The notes beneath the pieces were generated by a model. It was given only the letters and a program-made list of their open reading frames with translations. It was not told where the DNA came from and searched no databases. Source: Centroscyllium fabricii (Eukaryota). Taken from it: DNA of 64,000 bases. The stretch spans positions 3,844,001-3,908,000 of the forward strand of contig JBNRSN020000022.1 in assembly GCA_051313645.2 (NCBI GenBank). The letters are read 5' to 3'. Position numbers and translations under genes: made by a program. Of this stretch, positions 49,576-61,929 are shown piece by piece; position 1 is the first letter of the stretch; each line of letters starts with the position of its first letter.

Positions 49576-49678
49576 TTACCTGAGTCAGAAGGTTGTGGGT
49601 TCAAGCTGCACTCCAGACACTTAAGCACATAATCTAGGCTGATACTTTGGTGCAGTACAGAGTGCTGTGCTGTCGGAC

Positions 49679-50828
49679 GACACGGTGGCACAGTAGTTAG
49701 CACTGCTGCCTCGCAATAAGGAGTTCCTGGGTGCGAATCCTGCTTGGCCCAGGACCTCTGTGTGGAGTTTGCATGTTCTCCCCATGTTCGTGTGGGTTTC
49801 CTCCGGGTACTCCAGTTTCCTCCCACCACCCAAAGACATGCAGGTTAGGTGAATTGGAGATACAGGTTGTGCACTGTTAATTCGGCACGGACGGGACTAG
49901 TCCCATGCTGGGAAAGTGAAAACCGGGAGAATGAAGTCGGACAGTGCGCGCACCATTCAAAATGGCCACGCGCATGTGCGCAAAATTGGAAATGGCTGCC
50001 AGAACGGCATGCGCAGATCATGCAATAATGGCCACCGCAAAGTTTTTTGACTGGTCGGCCTACGGGCTCAGGCTTTCGTGGTGTTCCGTTGAGCTTTTAG
50101 GGCTGTCGGGCAGCAGTGTAAGGCCGGTCTTGCAGGGGAGGGAGGAGGGTTGCGCGGGTCGGGCCCAGTAGGTCCGCCTTCCATCGCCTTTGGGGTTGCT
50201 GCTGCCACCGAGCTGGTTTGTGACGGGAGCTCGGGCTGACAGCTGCAGCCTGGTGACTGTCTGCCTCAGTCAAGGGGCTCAGCTGCTTGTGCTGAATCTG
50301 CAGTCCACTGTTGAACACACTAACCCTGCCCCTGTAAGTGGGCTGTGGATCGAGATGCTTTCTCTCCCACTTCACACTTTACAAAGTATTAGTAATTGTA
50401 TTAAAAGTATTGCAGTGTAGCTGCAGCCGCCCAAGCCCACTGTGCTCGGCAGATCCATACTGTTCGGCAGCGCACGAATGAGGAGGCAAAGGTCGGTCCA
50501 GCCTCCGGTGGCCGTTTTGAATGATCTGCGCATGCGCAGATCATTCCCCGAAGCATCGATCATGGCGGCAATTTTGAGCATGCGCAGGGCAGTCGGGTCA
50601 ATTCGTTCCGGAAGACTGAAGCTGCCGGCTTATCGGGTAACTGATTACCGGTGCACCACCTGTACTAAAAATTGCCCATGAGTGTGTGAGATATAGTTCT
50701 TGGAGTTGGGGGTGGCAGGGGATATAGGGAGAGGGTAGGAGGGGGTACTAGGTTTGGATGATCAGCCATAATCTCATCAAAATGGCGGAGCAGGCTCGAA
50801 TGGCCTACTCCTATCTTCTGTGTTTCTA
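49679..50828 (+). mobile_element. HE1-like V-SINE interrupted by a TA-flanked element
   Basis: tRNA-like head, V domain TGTGTGGAGTTTGCATGTTCTCCCC...GGGTTTCCTCCGGG, and a CR1-like tail at 50760-50828. Confidence 0.8.
49863..50662. mobile_element. Tc1/mariner-pogo (Tigger-like) non-autonomous element
   Basis: TIR CAGGTTGTGCACTGTTAAT / CAGGTGGTGCACCGGTAAT (16/19 match) and TSD TA. Confidence 0.8.
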
Positions 50829-51265
50829 CGTCATTGGATGAGTTGTTAAACTGTTGGACATAAATGCCACTTTCGCAGAAGAGCAGGGGAATTCTCCTGG
50901 GGTCTTTGCTAACCTTTACCCCTTGACCAACATTGCTTAAAAAAATAATGATCTGGTCATTATCTCATTGCTGTTTGTGGGACCTTGCTGTGTACAAATT
51001 GGCTGCAGCATTTCAGACATTAGTGACTATACTTCAAAAGTACTTCATTGACTGGAGGTCATGAAAGGTGCTATATAAAGTTCTTCTACCCCAGACTTGT
51101 GACCAAGGACCAAATCATGTGATTGGATAGTAAAAATAGCCCCAGTAGCCAGCTGAATAGTTTAGTGTATTTGACTTGAAGCATTGAACCTCTTGTAAAT
51201 TTTAAATAGTTCAATTTCATCTGTAGAGCTCTAGAATCCTTCCATGGTATCTGTGTGGGGTCTGT

Positions 51266-53925
51266 TAGAAACAGATAGGAGCAGGAGTAGGCCATTTGGC
51301 CCCTCAAGCCTGCTCTGCCATTTAATGAGATATGGCTGATCTTCCAAATTCAGTACCCTGTTCTGCCTTCTCTCCATATCCCTTGATCCCTTTAGCCTGA
51401 AGAAATATATCTAACTCCTTCTTAAATATATTTAATGAATTGGCCTCAACTGCCTTCTGTGGTAGAGAATTCCACTGGTTCACCAATCTCTGGGTGAAGA
51501 AATTCCTCCTCCTCTCTGTCCTAAATGGCTTGCCCCTTATCCTTAGACTGTGACCCCTGGTTCTGGACTCACCGACCATCCGTCCTCCATCTGGTCTGTC
51601 CAGTCCTTTAGAATTTTATAAGTTTAAATGAGACCCCCCTTTCATCTAAACTCCAGCGAGTATAAGCCCAATCTCCCCTCATGCATCATTCTTGCCATCC
51701 CAGGTATCAACCTGGTGAATCTTCGCTGCACTCCCTCCATGGCAAGAACATCCTTCCTCAGATAAGGTGACAGTGTGCACAATACTCAAGGTGTGGTCTC
51801 ACCAAGGCCCTGTACAACTGCAGCAAGACATCCTTGTTCCTGTACTCAAACCCTCTTGCTGCGAACATATCTTTTGCCGCCTTCACTGCCTGCTGCACCT
51901 GCATGTGTACCTTCAACTGGTGCACAAGGACACCCAGGTCTCGTTGCACTTCCCCTTCTCCCAATCGATTGCCATTCATATAATAATCTGCCTTCCTGTT
52001 TTTATCCATGTTGTATTGCATCTGCCATGCTTCTGCTCCTGATCCCAACCTGTCCAAATCATACTAGAGTTTCTCTGCATCCTCCTCGCAGCACATGCCC
52101 ACACAGCTTTGTGTTGTCTGCAAACTTGGAGATATTACATCTAGTTCTCTCGGCTAGATCATTAATATATATTGTAAACAGCTGGGGTCCAAGGACCGAT
52201 CCCTGCGGTACCCCACTAGTCACTGCCTGCCACTTGGAAAAAGACCTGTTAATTCCTACTCTGCCAACCAGTTCTCTATCCAAGTCAATACCTTTCCCTC
52301 AATCCCATGTGCCTTAACTTTACATGCTAATCTCTTATGCGGGACCTTATCGAAACCTTCTGAAAGTCAAAATACACCACCTCCACTAGTTCTCCCTTCT
52401 CTATTTTACCAGTTACATCCTCAAAAAATTCCAGATTAGTCCAGCACGATTTGCCCTTTGTAAACCATGTTTACTTTGTCTGATACGATCACTGTTTTCC
52501 AAGTGCTCTGCTATTACATCTTTTAAAATGGACTCTAGCATTTTCCCCACTACCAATGTCAGGCTGTAATTCCCTGTTTTTTATCTACCACCTTTTTTTG
52601 AGCAGTGGGGTAACATTAGCTACCCTCCAATCCATAGTGAAGATGACCAGCAATGCAGCTACTATTTCTAGGACCACTTTCTTAAGTACCCTAGACTGTA
52701 GATTATCAGGTCCAGACTATTTATCTGCCTTCAATCCCATCAATTTCCCTGCAAATACTGATTTCTTTCAGTTCCTCCCTCATTAGACCCCATGTTCCCC
52801 GACATCTCTGGGAGGTTATTTGTGTCCTCCTTTGTGAAGACCGAACCAAAGAATGTATTTAATTGGTCTGCCATTTCTTTGTTCCCCATTTATAAATTCC
52901 CCTGATTCTGACTGCAAGGGCCCTATGCTTGATTTCATAATCTTTCTCTTCACATATCTAAAAACTTTTACAGTCCGTTTGTATGTTCCCTGCAAGCTTA
53001 CACTCGTACTCTATTTACCTCCTTAATTAATCCCTTTATCCTCCTTTGTTGAATCCTAAACTGCTCCCAATCCTCAAGTGTACTGCTTTTTTTCTGGCCA
53101 ATTTATATGCCCTCTCCTTGGATCTTATGCTATCTCTCATTTCTCTTGTTGGCCACGGTTGAGTCACCTTAATTTTTATGCCAAACTGGGATGAACAAAT
53201 TCTGGTTCATACATGCGATCTTTGAATGTTTGCCATTGCCTATCCACCATTGACCCTCTGAGTGACATTCCCCAATCAATCTTGCCCAACTAGTGCCTCA
53301 TACCATCGTAGTTTCCTTTATTTAAATTCAGGACCTTGGTCTGAGTCAACTACTTCACTCCATCTTAATGAAGAATTTGATTATATTATGATCGCTCCTC
53401 CCCAAGGGGCCTCAAATAAGATTGCTAATTAATCCTTTCTCATTACATAATACCCAGTCCAAGATGGCCTGATCTCTAGTTGGCTCCGACATATTGGTCC
53501 AGGGAAACCATCCTGTGTACACTCTAGGAATTCCTCCACCACAGTATTGTTACTAATTTGGTTAGCCCAATCTATATGTAGATTAAAGTCACCCATGATA
53601 ACTGCTGTGCCCTTATTGCACGCATCTCTAATTTCCCTTTTTAATGCCATTCCCGACCTCCGCATTGCTGTTTTGGAGGTCTATATACCACTCCCACTAA
53701 TGTTTTCTGTCCCTTGGTATTTCTCCGCTCTACCATACAAATTCCACATCAGCTAATATCCTTCCTTACTATTAAACTCCTCTTTAACCAGCAAAGCTAC
53801 CCCCCTCCTTTTCCTTTTTTGCCTGTCTTTCCTGAATATTGAATACCCCTGGAGCCATGTTTCTGTAATCCCAATCATATCCTATTTCTTTACCTCTGTG
53901 CAGCTAATTCCTCCACCTTATTACA
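51266..53925 (-). mobile_element. Decayed CR1 ORF2 (endonuclease to 3' end)
   Basis: GDFNLHIDW, SGVPQGSVLGP, LVRPHLEYC and RTRGHSL fragments; homologous to 25248-26530. Confidence 0.9.
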
Positions 53926-54232
53926 GTAGTTCTGCAATACTGAATTTTTAAAGCAGACCATTGCCTGAAGTGTTCCACTTTTGAATTTGCAACTTTAAAG
54001 ATTCTAAGACTAGGTGCTAGCCCTCTCAACACTAACTGGATCTTTAACTTAACTGTAAACACAGGTTAAGTAAATGGCTCGTCTCGACTGCTCAAATTCT
54101 ACACAATTTTTGCAATAAAGCACTTGTGGAGAAGTCATTTACACTTGAAAATGGGGTATGGAGACTGCACTGGGAGCTGGTTTGTCAGTCAGTGCTATTT
54201 TCAGCCTTTTCTGACCAGTTATGTATTTGCAG

Positions 54233-54364
54233 ATTGAATTGGCAAAGAAGGGAGTAGATCAGAAGCTGCATGGTGTTCAGGAGAAACTACATCAGACCCG
54301 GGTTGATTGGCAGAAGAAACAGCCTGAAGGTCAAGTGGAGGAAGCAGGTGCTCCGAAACCGGAG
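54233..54364 (+). CDS. PLIN3: Perilipin-3-like, coding exon 6
   Basis: IELAKKGVDQKLHGVQEKLHQ...PKPE; 132 bp, phases 0/0. Confidence 0.9.
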
Positions 54365-54377
54365 GTAAGAACTCCAT

Positions 54378-55058
54378 GGCCAAAAAATTGGTCAGACCTG
54401 GGCAATGCGCTATTTATAGCGTCCGCTCATCGCTGGTGCTAAAAATCCCGGTATTGGCCGCATCGCATATTCCATTTGGGCGGGCGATGAATCGGGCGGG
54501 CCGCCTCGCTCTTGGTGCGAGGTGGCCAAAACCTGGCGTCGGCGCCGCGCGAGGGAGGCTGCAGCAACAGCCTGCGGAACAGCAGGCCAGCCTCTCCCGT
54601 TAAAGGGGAGGGGCCTAGCACGGCTGCGGCCAGAGCCCCGAGGGACCGGGAGCTGCAGAACGTGCAGGGCACTCTGGGGAAGTGCCAGGCTCAGTTGAGG
54701 GAGGCCTCACCCTGCCGGGGAGCAGCAGGGGTGGCCGAGGGGCAAGGTGCTGGCGGTTGGCCAGCAATAAAAATGGTTGACAGCCGCACTTCCCTTCAAG
54801 CAGTGCTCTGGCGCTGCTGTTAAGAAAGCTGGCGCGGGCAGAGTGCTGCGAAATAACGGCGGGTGCTGCCCACTTTTGGCCGTGCCTGATGACATCATTC
54901 ATGACTTCTAGCTGAGTGCTAAATTTGTTGGGGCGCTACCAGTTAGCGCCCAGCTGAAGTTAGCGTGGGGTGCTATATTTGGCGCTAATTCGGCACTGGC
55001 CCATTAGCGCCCATTTTGGGTGCTAATGGGCCGGCGCTGGAGTGCCAATTTTTCAGCC
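54378..55058. mobile_element. GC-rich MITE, probably Harbinger type
   Basis: TIR GGCCAAAAAATTGG / GGCTGAAAAATTGG (12/14 match) and TSD CAT. Confidence 0.7.
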
Positions 55059-55528
55059 CATGACTTTTACTCGGGTTGGTGGGCGAGGAGCCAGCAGCGT
55101 TTAAGGAAGGGTGGAGATCTGGACGTTCAGAAACTGTTGCAACTATGGAACAAAACTTTACTTCCAAGGAAGGATAAACTAGTCCAGCCTCCTTACCTTT
55201 GCATTCAAATTGCCACCAGACATTTTGTTCCCTAGTGTGCTGAAGGATAAATTCTTTTCACTTCAATGCTATTAGAAAATTGAGTGCTTGTAATCATAGA
55301 ATCCCTACAGTGCAGATAGAGGCCATTTCGGCCTATCGAGCCTGCACCGACATATATCCCACCCTATCCCTGTAACCCCACATATTTAATTCCCCCTAAC
55401 ACTAAGGGTCAATTTATCATGGCCAATCAACCTAACCCACACATCTTTGGACCATAATCTACCTAGCCTGTCCAGACAGTGGCAAAGTAAATCCAGCCTG
55501 TGCCAGTACAAAGTGCCATATTGTGTCT

Positions 55529-55807
55529 TGCTGCACAATCAGTCACAATCAGTCGAAGGTTTGATGCAACCGAGGCTTTTATTGACTTAGAACTGTTGCT
55601 ACAGGCCTAGGCGATCTTCAGGGTCAAAGTGAAAGCACAAGGGTGTGCAAGCACATTTATACCCAGGTTGTGGGCGGAGCCTGGAGAGGAAGCTAAGAAG
55701 CTGAGTCCTCCCAGACAAGACAAGGAGTCACAACTATACATACAGACACCGTAGTTACAAGGAGGGGACACAAGGGGAGACACTATACAATATGGTGGTT
55801 TACCACA
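55529..55807 (-). mobile_element. Solo LTR of the same group
   Basis: GGCTTTTATTGAC motif, TTTATA box and GGTTTACCACA terminus. The left boundary and TSD are uncertain. Confidence 0.7.
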
Positions 55808-56422
55808 GTGTTTCCCTAAAATGTAACCAGTCTGGTCAATGTATTTAGACTAGAGCCTAGTATGGTTGCAAATTTTGACTTCATACAAAGTCTAATGGGC
55901 ATTTTAAATGCTAGTGGTTTAATTGTGTTGTACAGCTGCTCTTGTATTCCTTGTTGAGAATGGGTTATTGTGCATATCACTATTTAGCATGTGGTGCTGT
56001 TGAAAGAAGACATTCATTTATCTAGCACCTTTCACGACCACCAGATGTCTCGCACTTTACAGTCAATGAAGTATTTTTGAAGTGGAGCCGCTTGTAATGA
56101 AGGTTGGGTGGAGGGGGAGAGGTGATCATTTACTTAACAATTCCATGGTGTGGCTGTTGCCTGTGTCAGCCCAAACACAGGAGTCACTGGTTGGATGGTG
56201 ATCATGAGTTAGATCACTGACCTTTGCATCTACTCTTCCTGCTTGCCCCACTCCCCACCCATTGCTGCCTGGTCAGCTGAGTAACAAGGTTTATGACTTT
56301 CATACCACAATACATTCTTTATTCAAAATAAATCTTATGGGTTGGTTGTTTTACTACTTGGATGGCTTTTAAATGAGGCCAGAAAGTAACCAAATTCTAA
56401 GTGTCTTTTTGTATTGCAACAG

Positions 56423-56785
56423 GTTGAATCTCAAACCCTAACCATGACTCGCAGTCTCTCCCAGCAACTGCAGACTACCTGTTTGACCTTGGTTTCGAGC
56501 GTCCATGGTCTCCCTCAGCACATTCAAGATAAAGTACAGCAGATCCGCAAAACAGCAGAGACCATCCGCACCTCGTTCTCCTCTGCCAATTCCTTCGGCG
56601 ATCTCTCTGGGCAGCTCATGGCGCAAAGCAGAAAGCAAATGCTGACTATTCGGGAGTCCATGGATGGGGTGATGGAATATGTGCTTAACAACACTCCTCT
56701 CAACTGGCTGGTAGGTCCTTTTGCCCCACAGCTGACTGAGCACCCTCCATCACAGGAGATGATTGCAATGGATAAAGTTCAATAA
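56423..56785 (+). CDS. PLIN3: Perilipin-3-like, last coding exon (four-helix bundle and C-terminus)
   Basis: VESQTLTM...NNTPLNWLVGPFAPQLTE...stop. The joined CDS is 1299 nt (432 aa) without disablements. The perilipin family is certain; PLIN3 versus PLIN2 is about 0.7. Confidence 0.92.
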   Translation, partial: VESQTLTMTRSLSQQLQTTCLTLVSSVHGLPQHIQDKVQQIRKTAETIRTSFSSANSFGDLSGQLMAQSRKQMLTIRESMDGVMEYVLNNTPLNWLVGPFAPQLTEHPPSQEMIAMDKVQ

Positions 56786-57704
56786 TAGATTCGACCTGCC
56801 TATTGCTATTAACCTTGCCAGGTGGATGGTTGGTCCAGAGCATTAAACATGTCCGATTTAGATTAGTTCAGTGAAAATATTGCCCTGTTTGAGAGCAATA
56901 GCACGTCCATGAATAAGCGGTATTAACCACATCACTTGACTTCAGTCTTGAATAATTACTGTACCCAACAATCTTTCCTTGTAAAAGCTACTTTATTTTT
57001 CCTCCTTTGGATAGTGCCATCCATTCGATGGACTCTTGCTGCCATATTGTGCCATCTAGACAAAGCTACTTGCCTTGACCTTTCCAATTAATATCCTAAT
57101 TGCATTCATGCATGCACTCTTGAATTTGAAGGGACACCAGCCCTTGTGTTTAGTGAGCAGAAGTTTTAAAGCATGTCAGTGAGCTGGAACTTGGTGGACA
57201 CCTACAAATCCTAAGTACTTTTGCTTGAATTTAATTGCCAGAAATGTACCTTTTTTGGTGCATTAAATGCTATTCACACCTTCATTTACTACTACAGCCA
57301 TAGAAGTTTCCCCCACACTGAGTTGGATTTATGTATCCAGTTTTGCAGCCAAGCTGAAGTTCACAATGTTATGTATAGACATTGAACTATGCCTGTGGTG
57401 TGGATTCTTGTCAACTCAGCTGAACTGGAATGTAAACTGAATTTTTAGTGTCTAAAGTAGATTTTTTTTTCTTCCAATACTGAACTATCTTCCTCCCCAC
57501 CACCCCATCCAAATGTTCAGCATATTCATCTAGTGTCTAGATTAGAGCCAAAGAAACAGGTTTGAGGTGATCTACTGTATTCTAAATAGGCCTTGCAGAG
57601 TCATATTATATTTCTAGTTTTGCTGTCCTTGAAGATAACTACCTTCCACCAGTGATTGTATTGTGTATGGAATCTAACTACAGGATGCCCATGTGTGCAG
57701 TTTA

Positions 57705-57940
57705 TAGAAACTAGGAGCAGGAGTCGGCCATTTGGCCCTTCGAGCCTGCTCTGCCATTCATGAGATCATGGCTGATCATCCAAACCCAGTACCCTGCCCT
57801 CTCCCCATATCCCTCGATCCCTATCGAGCCTGCACTGACACATATCCTACCTTGTCCCTGTAACCCCACATATTCAATCCCCCCAAACACTAAGGGTCAA
57901 TTATCCTGGCCAATCAACCTAACCCACACATCTTTGGACT
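57705..57940 (-). mobile_element. HE1-like SINE 3' half (a similar piece lies at 55292-55452)
   Basis: Close match to 38007-38262. Confidence 0.7.
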
Positions 57941-58719
57941 TATAATCTAGTTCTCCCCACTAGAGACTTGGTCAATTATCACCACACTAATGAGCTGTAA
58001 ACTCTTACAGCACTTGTCGGAGTTAACACATCCAGTAGCATATTTTGTCTGTTTGTGCAGCTAGCCCAGCTAGCCCAATTCCTGTCGTAGTGGGGAAAAT
58101 GCTAATCTAGTTTGACACATCAGGACCGAGTAGGTCAGCTGCAGTCCTCTGAGCAAGTTGCTGTAATTCATAATGATGGAAACTTGATGGGATTGAATCA
58201 ATACCATGGCAGAGGGACAGCGACACTACTGACTCTTCTATTTGCTTTAATGGCTCACTTGTCCTAGTTGTGCTTTCAGTACAAGTAAATATTCTGTTTA
58301 AACCCGAGACACTATGGGTGGCAAGTTTTTTTTGCACTAGGTGTTCTGTTTCATTTCAGTTTGTATTGGTAGCAAAGAACTTGACTGGTTTGTCCCAAAG
58401 CATGTTTTGATCGCTGACTGAAGGTATCTAAAGTAAAATGAGAAGGGGCTGGAAAAGTCCTAGTTTAAAAAAAAAAAAAAAAAAAAACATTTTTAAAATT
58501 GACCTTATTTCTACCTTGCACAGGGGAACGCCAGGTAATAATTCACAAAACACTTTGGAAATTAATTTCCAGTGACACCTTTCACTTCTAACCATCCAGA
58601 CATTTTAGATTTAATATTTTCCTGCATTTAATGGCAGCATCGAGTGCCACCTAATGTGACGTGGCACATAAAGGATGTTCAATGTTTGTGTAACTGCAGT
58701 AAGTGGCATTGTTTTATTA

Positions 58720-58725
58720 AATAAA
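58720..58725 (+). terminator. Candidate perilipin polyadenylation signal
   Basis: AATAAA in an AT-rich context about 1.9 kb after the stop codon. Inferred. Confidence 0.35.
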
Positions 58726-59379
58726 AGTTTATAATTCAACCTCTGGTTTAGATTAGTTGGTATGAAAATGTGCACTACCTTGAGCTTAACTGGAGACACA
58801 AGGCTCTGATCAGGGCCAAACTGTATGGACTTGTCATCTTGGTCAGAGCCTCCATCAGTGCTTTATGTACTCAACGCTTACTTAAATATTGGCTGACTTG
58901 AATATTGGCCTACTGTGTTCCTTTCAGTCCCTGAAGCCTGTTCCACCATTCGGTTAGCTCATGGCCACCTAACTTTGTGGTGTCACAAGGTGGGAAAACA
59001 GCCCTCTGACTTCATCCAAGTCATTGATAAATAGTGAAGGTGAGTGCTCCAGTACAGATCCCAGGGGGACACCATGTCCTTTTCTGCCACTTGACATACA
59101 TGCCCATTATCCCTACCTCTTAACAATTCTATACCAACGTTAATGGGTTTCTGCTAGTTCCTTGCGCCTTCACTTTTGCTAATTGAGTGTGGAACCTTAT
59201 TGAATGCCTTCTGGAAGTCTGTATAAATAACATCCATAGACACTCACTAAACTGCCACATTAGTGACAGACCTCAAATATTACTTGGACGTGATTTGCAT
59301 TTACAGATCCATGCTGGGTCTCTACGCAGTTCATTTGTCTGGTGATCAGCCATTCTCCCTAATGACACCTGTTCAACCA

Positions 59380-60910
59380 ACATAAGAACTAGGAGCAGGA
59401 GTAGGCCAATCAGCCCTTCAAGCCAGCCTCGCCATTCAATGAGATCATTGCTGATCTGATCCTAACAACCAACCTACTATCACAGAAGCATCTCCTGCAT
59501 CTAACAGAATTCGTCACAGGAAATAGGAGCAGGATCAGGCTACACGGTCCCTGGGCCCGCTCCACTACCCACAGGGCCATGACCGATCTGAACCTAGACT
59601 CCTGTCCAAATTCCTGCCTGCTCCCTGTAACCTTTAATCCCTTTTACTACTAGTTCCTGGGACTAGGGGCAGGGCCACTGGCAAGGCTTGGAAGCTAAGC
59701 AGAGCCAGGCCTGGTTAGTACTTGGAGGGGCGACCACCAGGGAATGCCAGGTGCAGAAGGTCACGAAAGGAGCCCCGGGGAGGGGCGGTTGGCTGAAGAT
59801 TGGCGGAAGGATGGAATGGCGGCGCGCACAGACGCAGCGGCTTTGCTGGACTCTTGGGAGCTTGCAAGATCACATTTCATTGTTCATGTACTTGTACATT
59901 GTATAATGACAAAGTTGAATTATTATTATTACTAGGAAACTGGCTGTTTTAAATTTATGTAATGAAGTAGCTTCTACAGCTTTTTGGGGCAGCATGTTCC
60001 ATGGACCTACTACCCTCTGAGTGAAGTAGTTTCTCCTCATCTCAGTTTTGAAAGAGGAGCCCCTTATTCTAAGTTTATGCCCCCTAATTCTAGTTTCACC
60101 CATCATTGGGAACATCTTCCCCGGATCCACCCGATCCAACCCCTTCACAATCTTGTATGTTTCAATAAGATCTCCCCTCATTCTTCTAAACTCCAATGAG
60201 TAGAGTCCCAATCTACTCAACCTCTCCTCATATGTCCAACTCCTCATCCCTGGGATTAACTGAGTGAACCTTCTTTGTACTGACTCGAGAGCGAGTATGT
60301 CCTTAAGTATGGACACCAAAATTGTATGCAGTATTCCAGGTGCGGTCTCACCAATACCTTGTACAACTTAAGCAATACCTCCCTATTTTTATATTCTATC
60401 CCCCTAGCAATGAAAGCCAACATTCCATTGGCCTTTTTAATTACTTGCTGCACCTGCATACTAACCTTTTGAGTTTCGTGCACCAGGACACCCAGATCGC
60501 TTTGTACTGCAGTACTTTCCAGTTTCTTGCCATTAAGATAATCGCTCTACGATTTTTCCTGCCAAAATGCATAACCTCACACTTTCCTGTATTGTACTCC
60601 ATCTGCCAAATCTCTGCCCACTGACTTAGCCTGTCTATGTTCCCCTGCAGGTTCTTTATGTCCTCCTCATTCACCACTTTCCCTCCCAGCTTAGTATCAT
60701 CTGCAAACTTTGATATATTACACTCGGTCCCCTCCTCCAAATCGTTAATATAAATTGTAAAGAGTTGGGGACCCAGCACTGACCCCTGCGGAACACTAAT
60801 AGGTCTATTGTTTCCTGGATATGTTTTTCCACCTTTCTTGGAGTGGCATTGGTAACTTTCCAGTCCAAGGGGACAATTCCTGAAATGGAAGATCATGATG
60901 AAAGCATCTG
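59380..60910 (-). mobile_element. CR1 RT and 3' end, interrupted by a 5S-derived SINE
   Basis: VPQGSVLGP, FADDTK, LVRPHLEYC and RRFTQLIPG. Confidence 0.9.
59654..59930 (+). mobile_element. 5S rRNA-derived SINE (SINE3-like)
   Basis: 59687-59760 matches the 3' part of 5S rRNA (GGAAGCTAAGCAG...GGCCTGGTTAGTACTTGGA...GGGAAT). A unique body, a (TTA)n tail and flanking TACTAG repeats follow. Confidence 0.75.
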
Positions 60911-61929
60911 CAATTTCCTCACCTACTTTAATAACCTTAACAAGCTGCTAGGTATAATTTCAATGTTGGAAATATCCATTAGGTCACTCACTTGATGAGG
61001 AAATAATAAATTAGCATTTCTTTATACTACAAGGGGTATATGCTTTGAGCTTCAATCTATTGATGCTCACTGACCTGTGTATCTCTGCCATTTTTTGGAG
61101 ATTTCAGATTTTTAACATGTGCTGTTAAACTTTGTAAAAAAAAAATCGAACTACCCAACAAAATAACTGACCAAGATTCACATGGGCATATGAAGACTGA
61201 TTTCCATCACTGCTACACACTGCAATTTTGGAGATATTTCCTATTTAACCAGTTCTTTACATTTACCATTTGACCTATAACTTGGTAGGATTGATTACAA
61301 GTATTAACAATCCAACCATAACTGACTATTCCCAGTTTGGCACCAATTGATGGGGACAACAGCATATGTATGAGAACATAGGGCTAGGTATTCTGTCCAT
61401 CGACCATGGATGGCTACTGCAAGAAGACTCTTGGAGGCCAACTCTATCCAATAGTTTCTGTGCTAAATTAGTCACAGAATTTCTAAAGTGGAGAAATCAA
61501 ACAACTGGTTCTACTAGGCTTTTGATTTTTGTAAAGGTGTTTCTTTAGCAGCACTATGCAGTTTTGCACAGGTTAAAGGGATTAGGAAAAATCTATTCTG
61601 ACTAGGACCATCCACAAGGTGCAATCAAAAGTTCAGCAACTCGTGATCTGTTCAAGCCAATTTAGTGTATTCTCCCAGGCAACCATCCACAGTAAGATGA
61701 ATTGGATCACCATGGTAAGGTAGAGTCTAGAAGTAGTCAATCTCATGGCACTCATCCATGAGTGAAGTCGATCTATGGCATCCAGTGCAAAGCTTCGAGC
61801 AAACTAGCTAGTAGATGGTAAGAATCTGCTGAGTACATACCAAAGTATGGAACCTGACAACTCCAACTGTGACATTCTGCCTGGTTGTGAATGACTGTCT
61901 GTCAAGCCTAGGATCAGATAAGCCATGAG

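Larger units (their letters stand above)
48836..51086 (+). mobile_element. Deu-domain SINE split into three pieces (48836-48855, 49576-49678, 50829-51086)
   Basis: The pieces join into a sequence collinear with 36935-37288. Confidence 0.7.

Noticed and set aside
58466-58487. A-run as the tail of a retrocopy
   Set aside because: No recognisable upstream element or TSD; treated as a simple mononucleotide run.
59687-59760. 5S rRNA gene
   Set aside because: The 5' part of 5S is missing, there are several substitutions and no T-run terminator, and it continues into a SINE-like body and tail.
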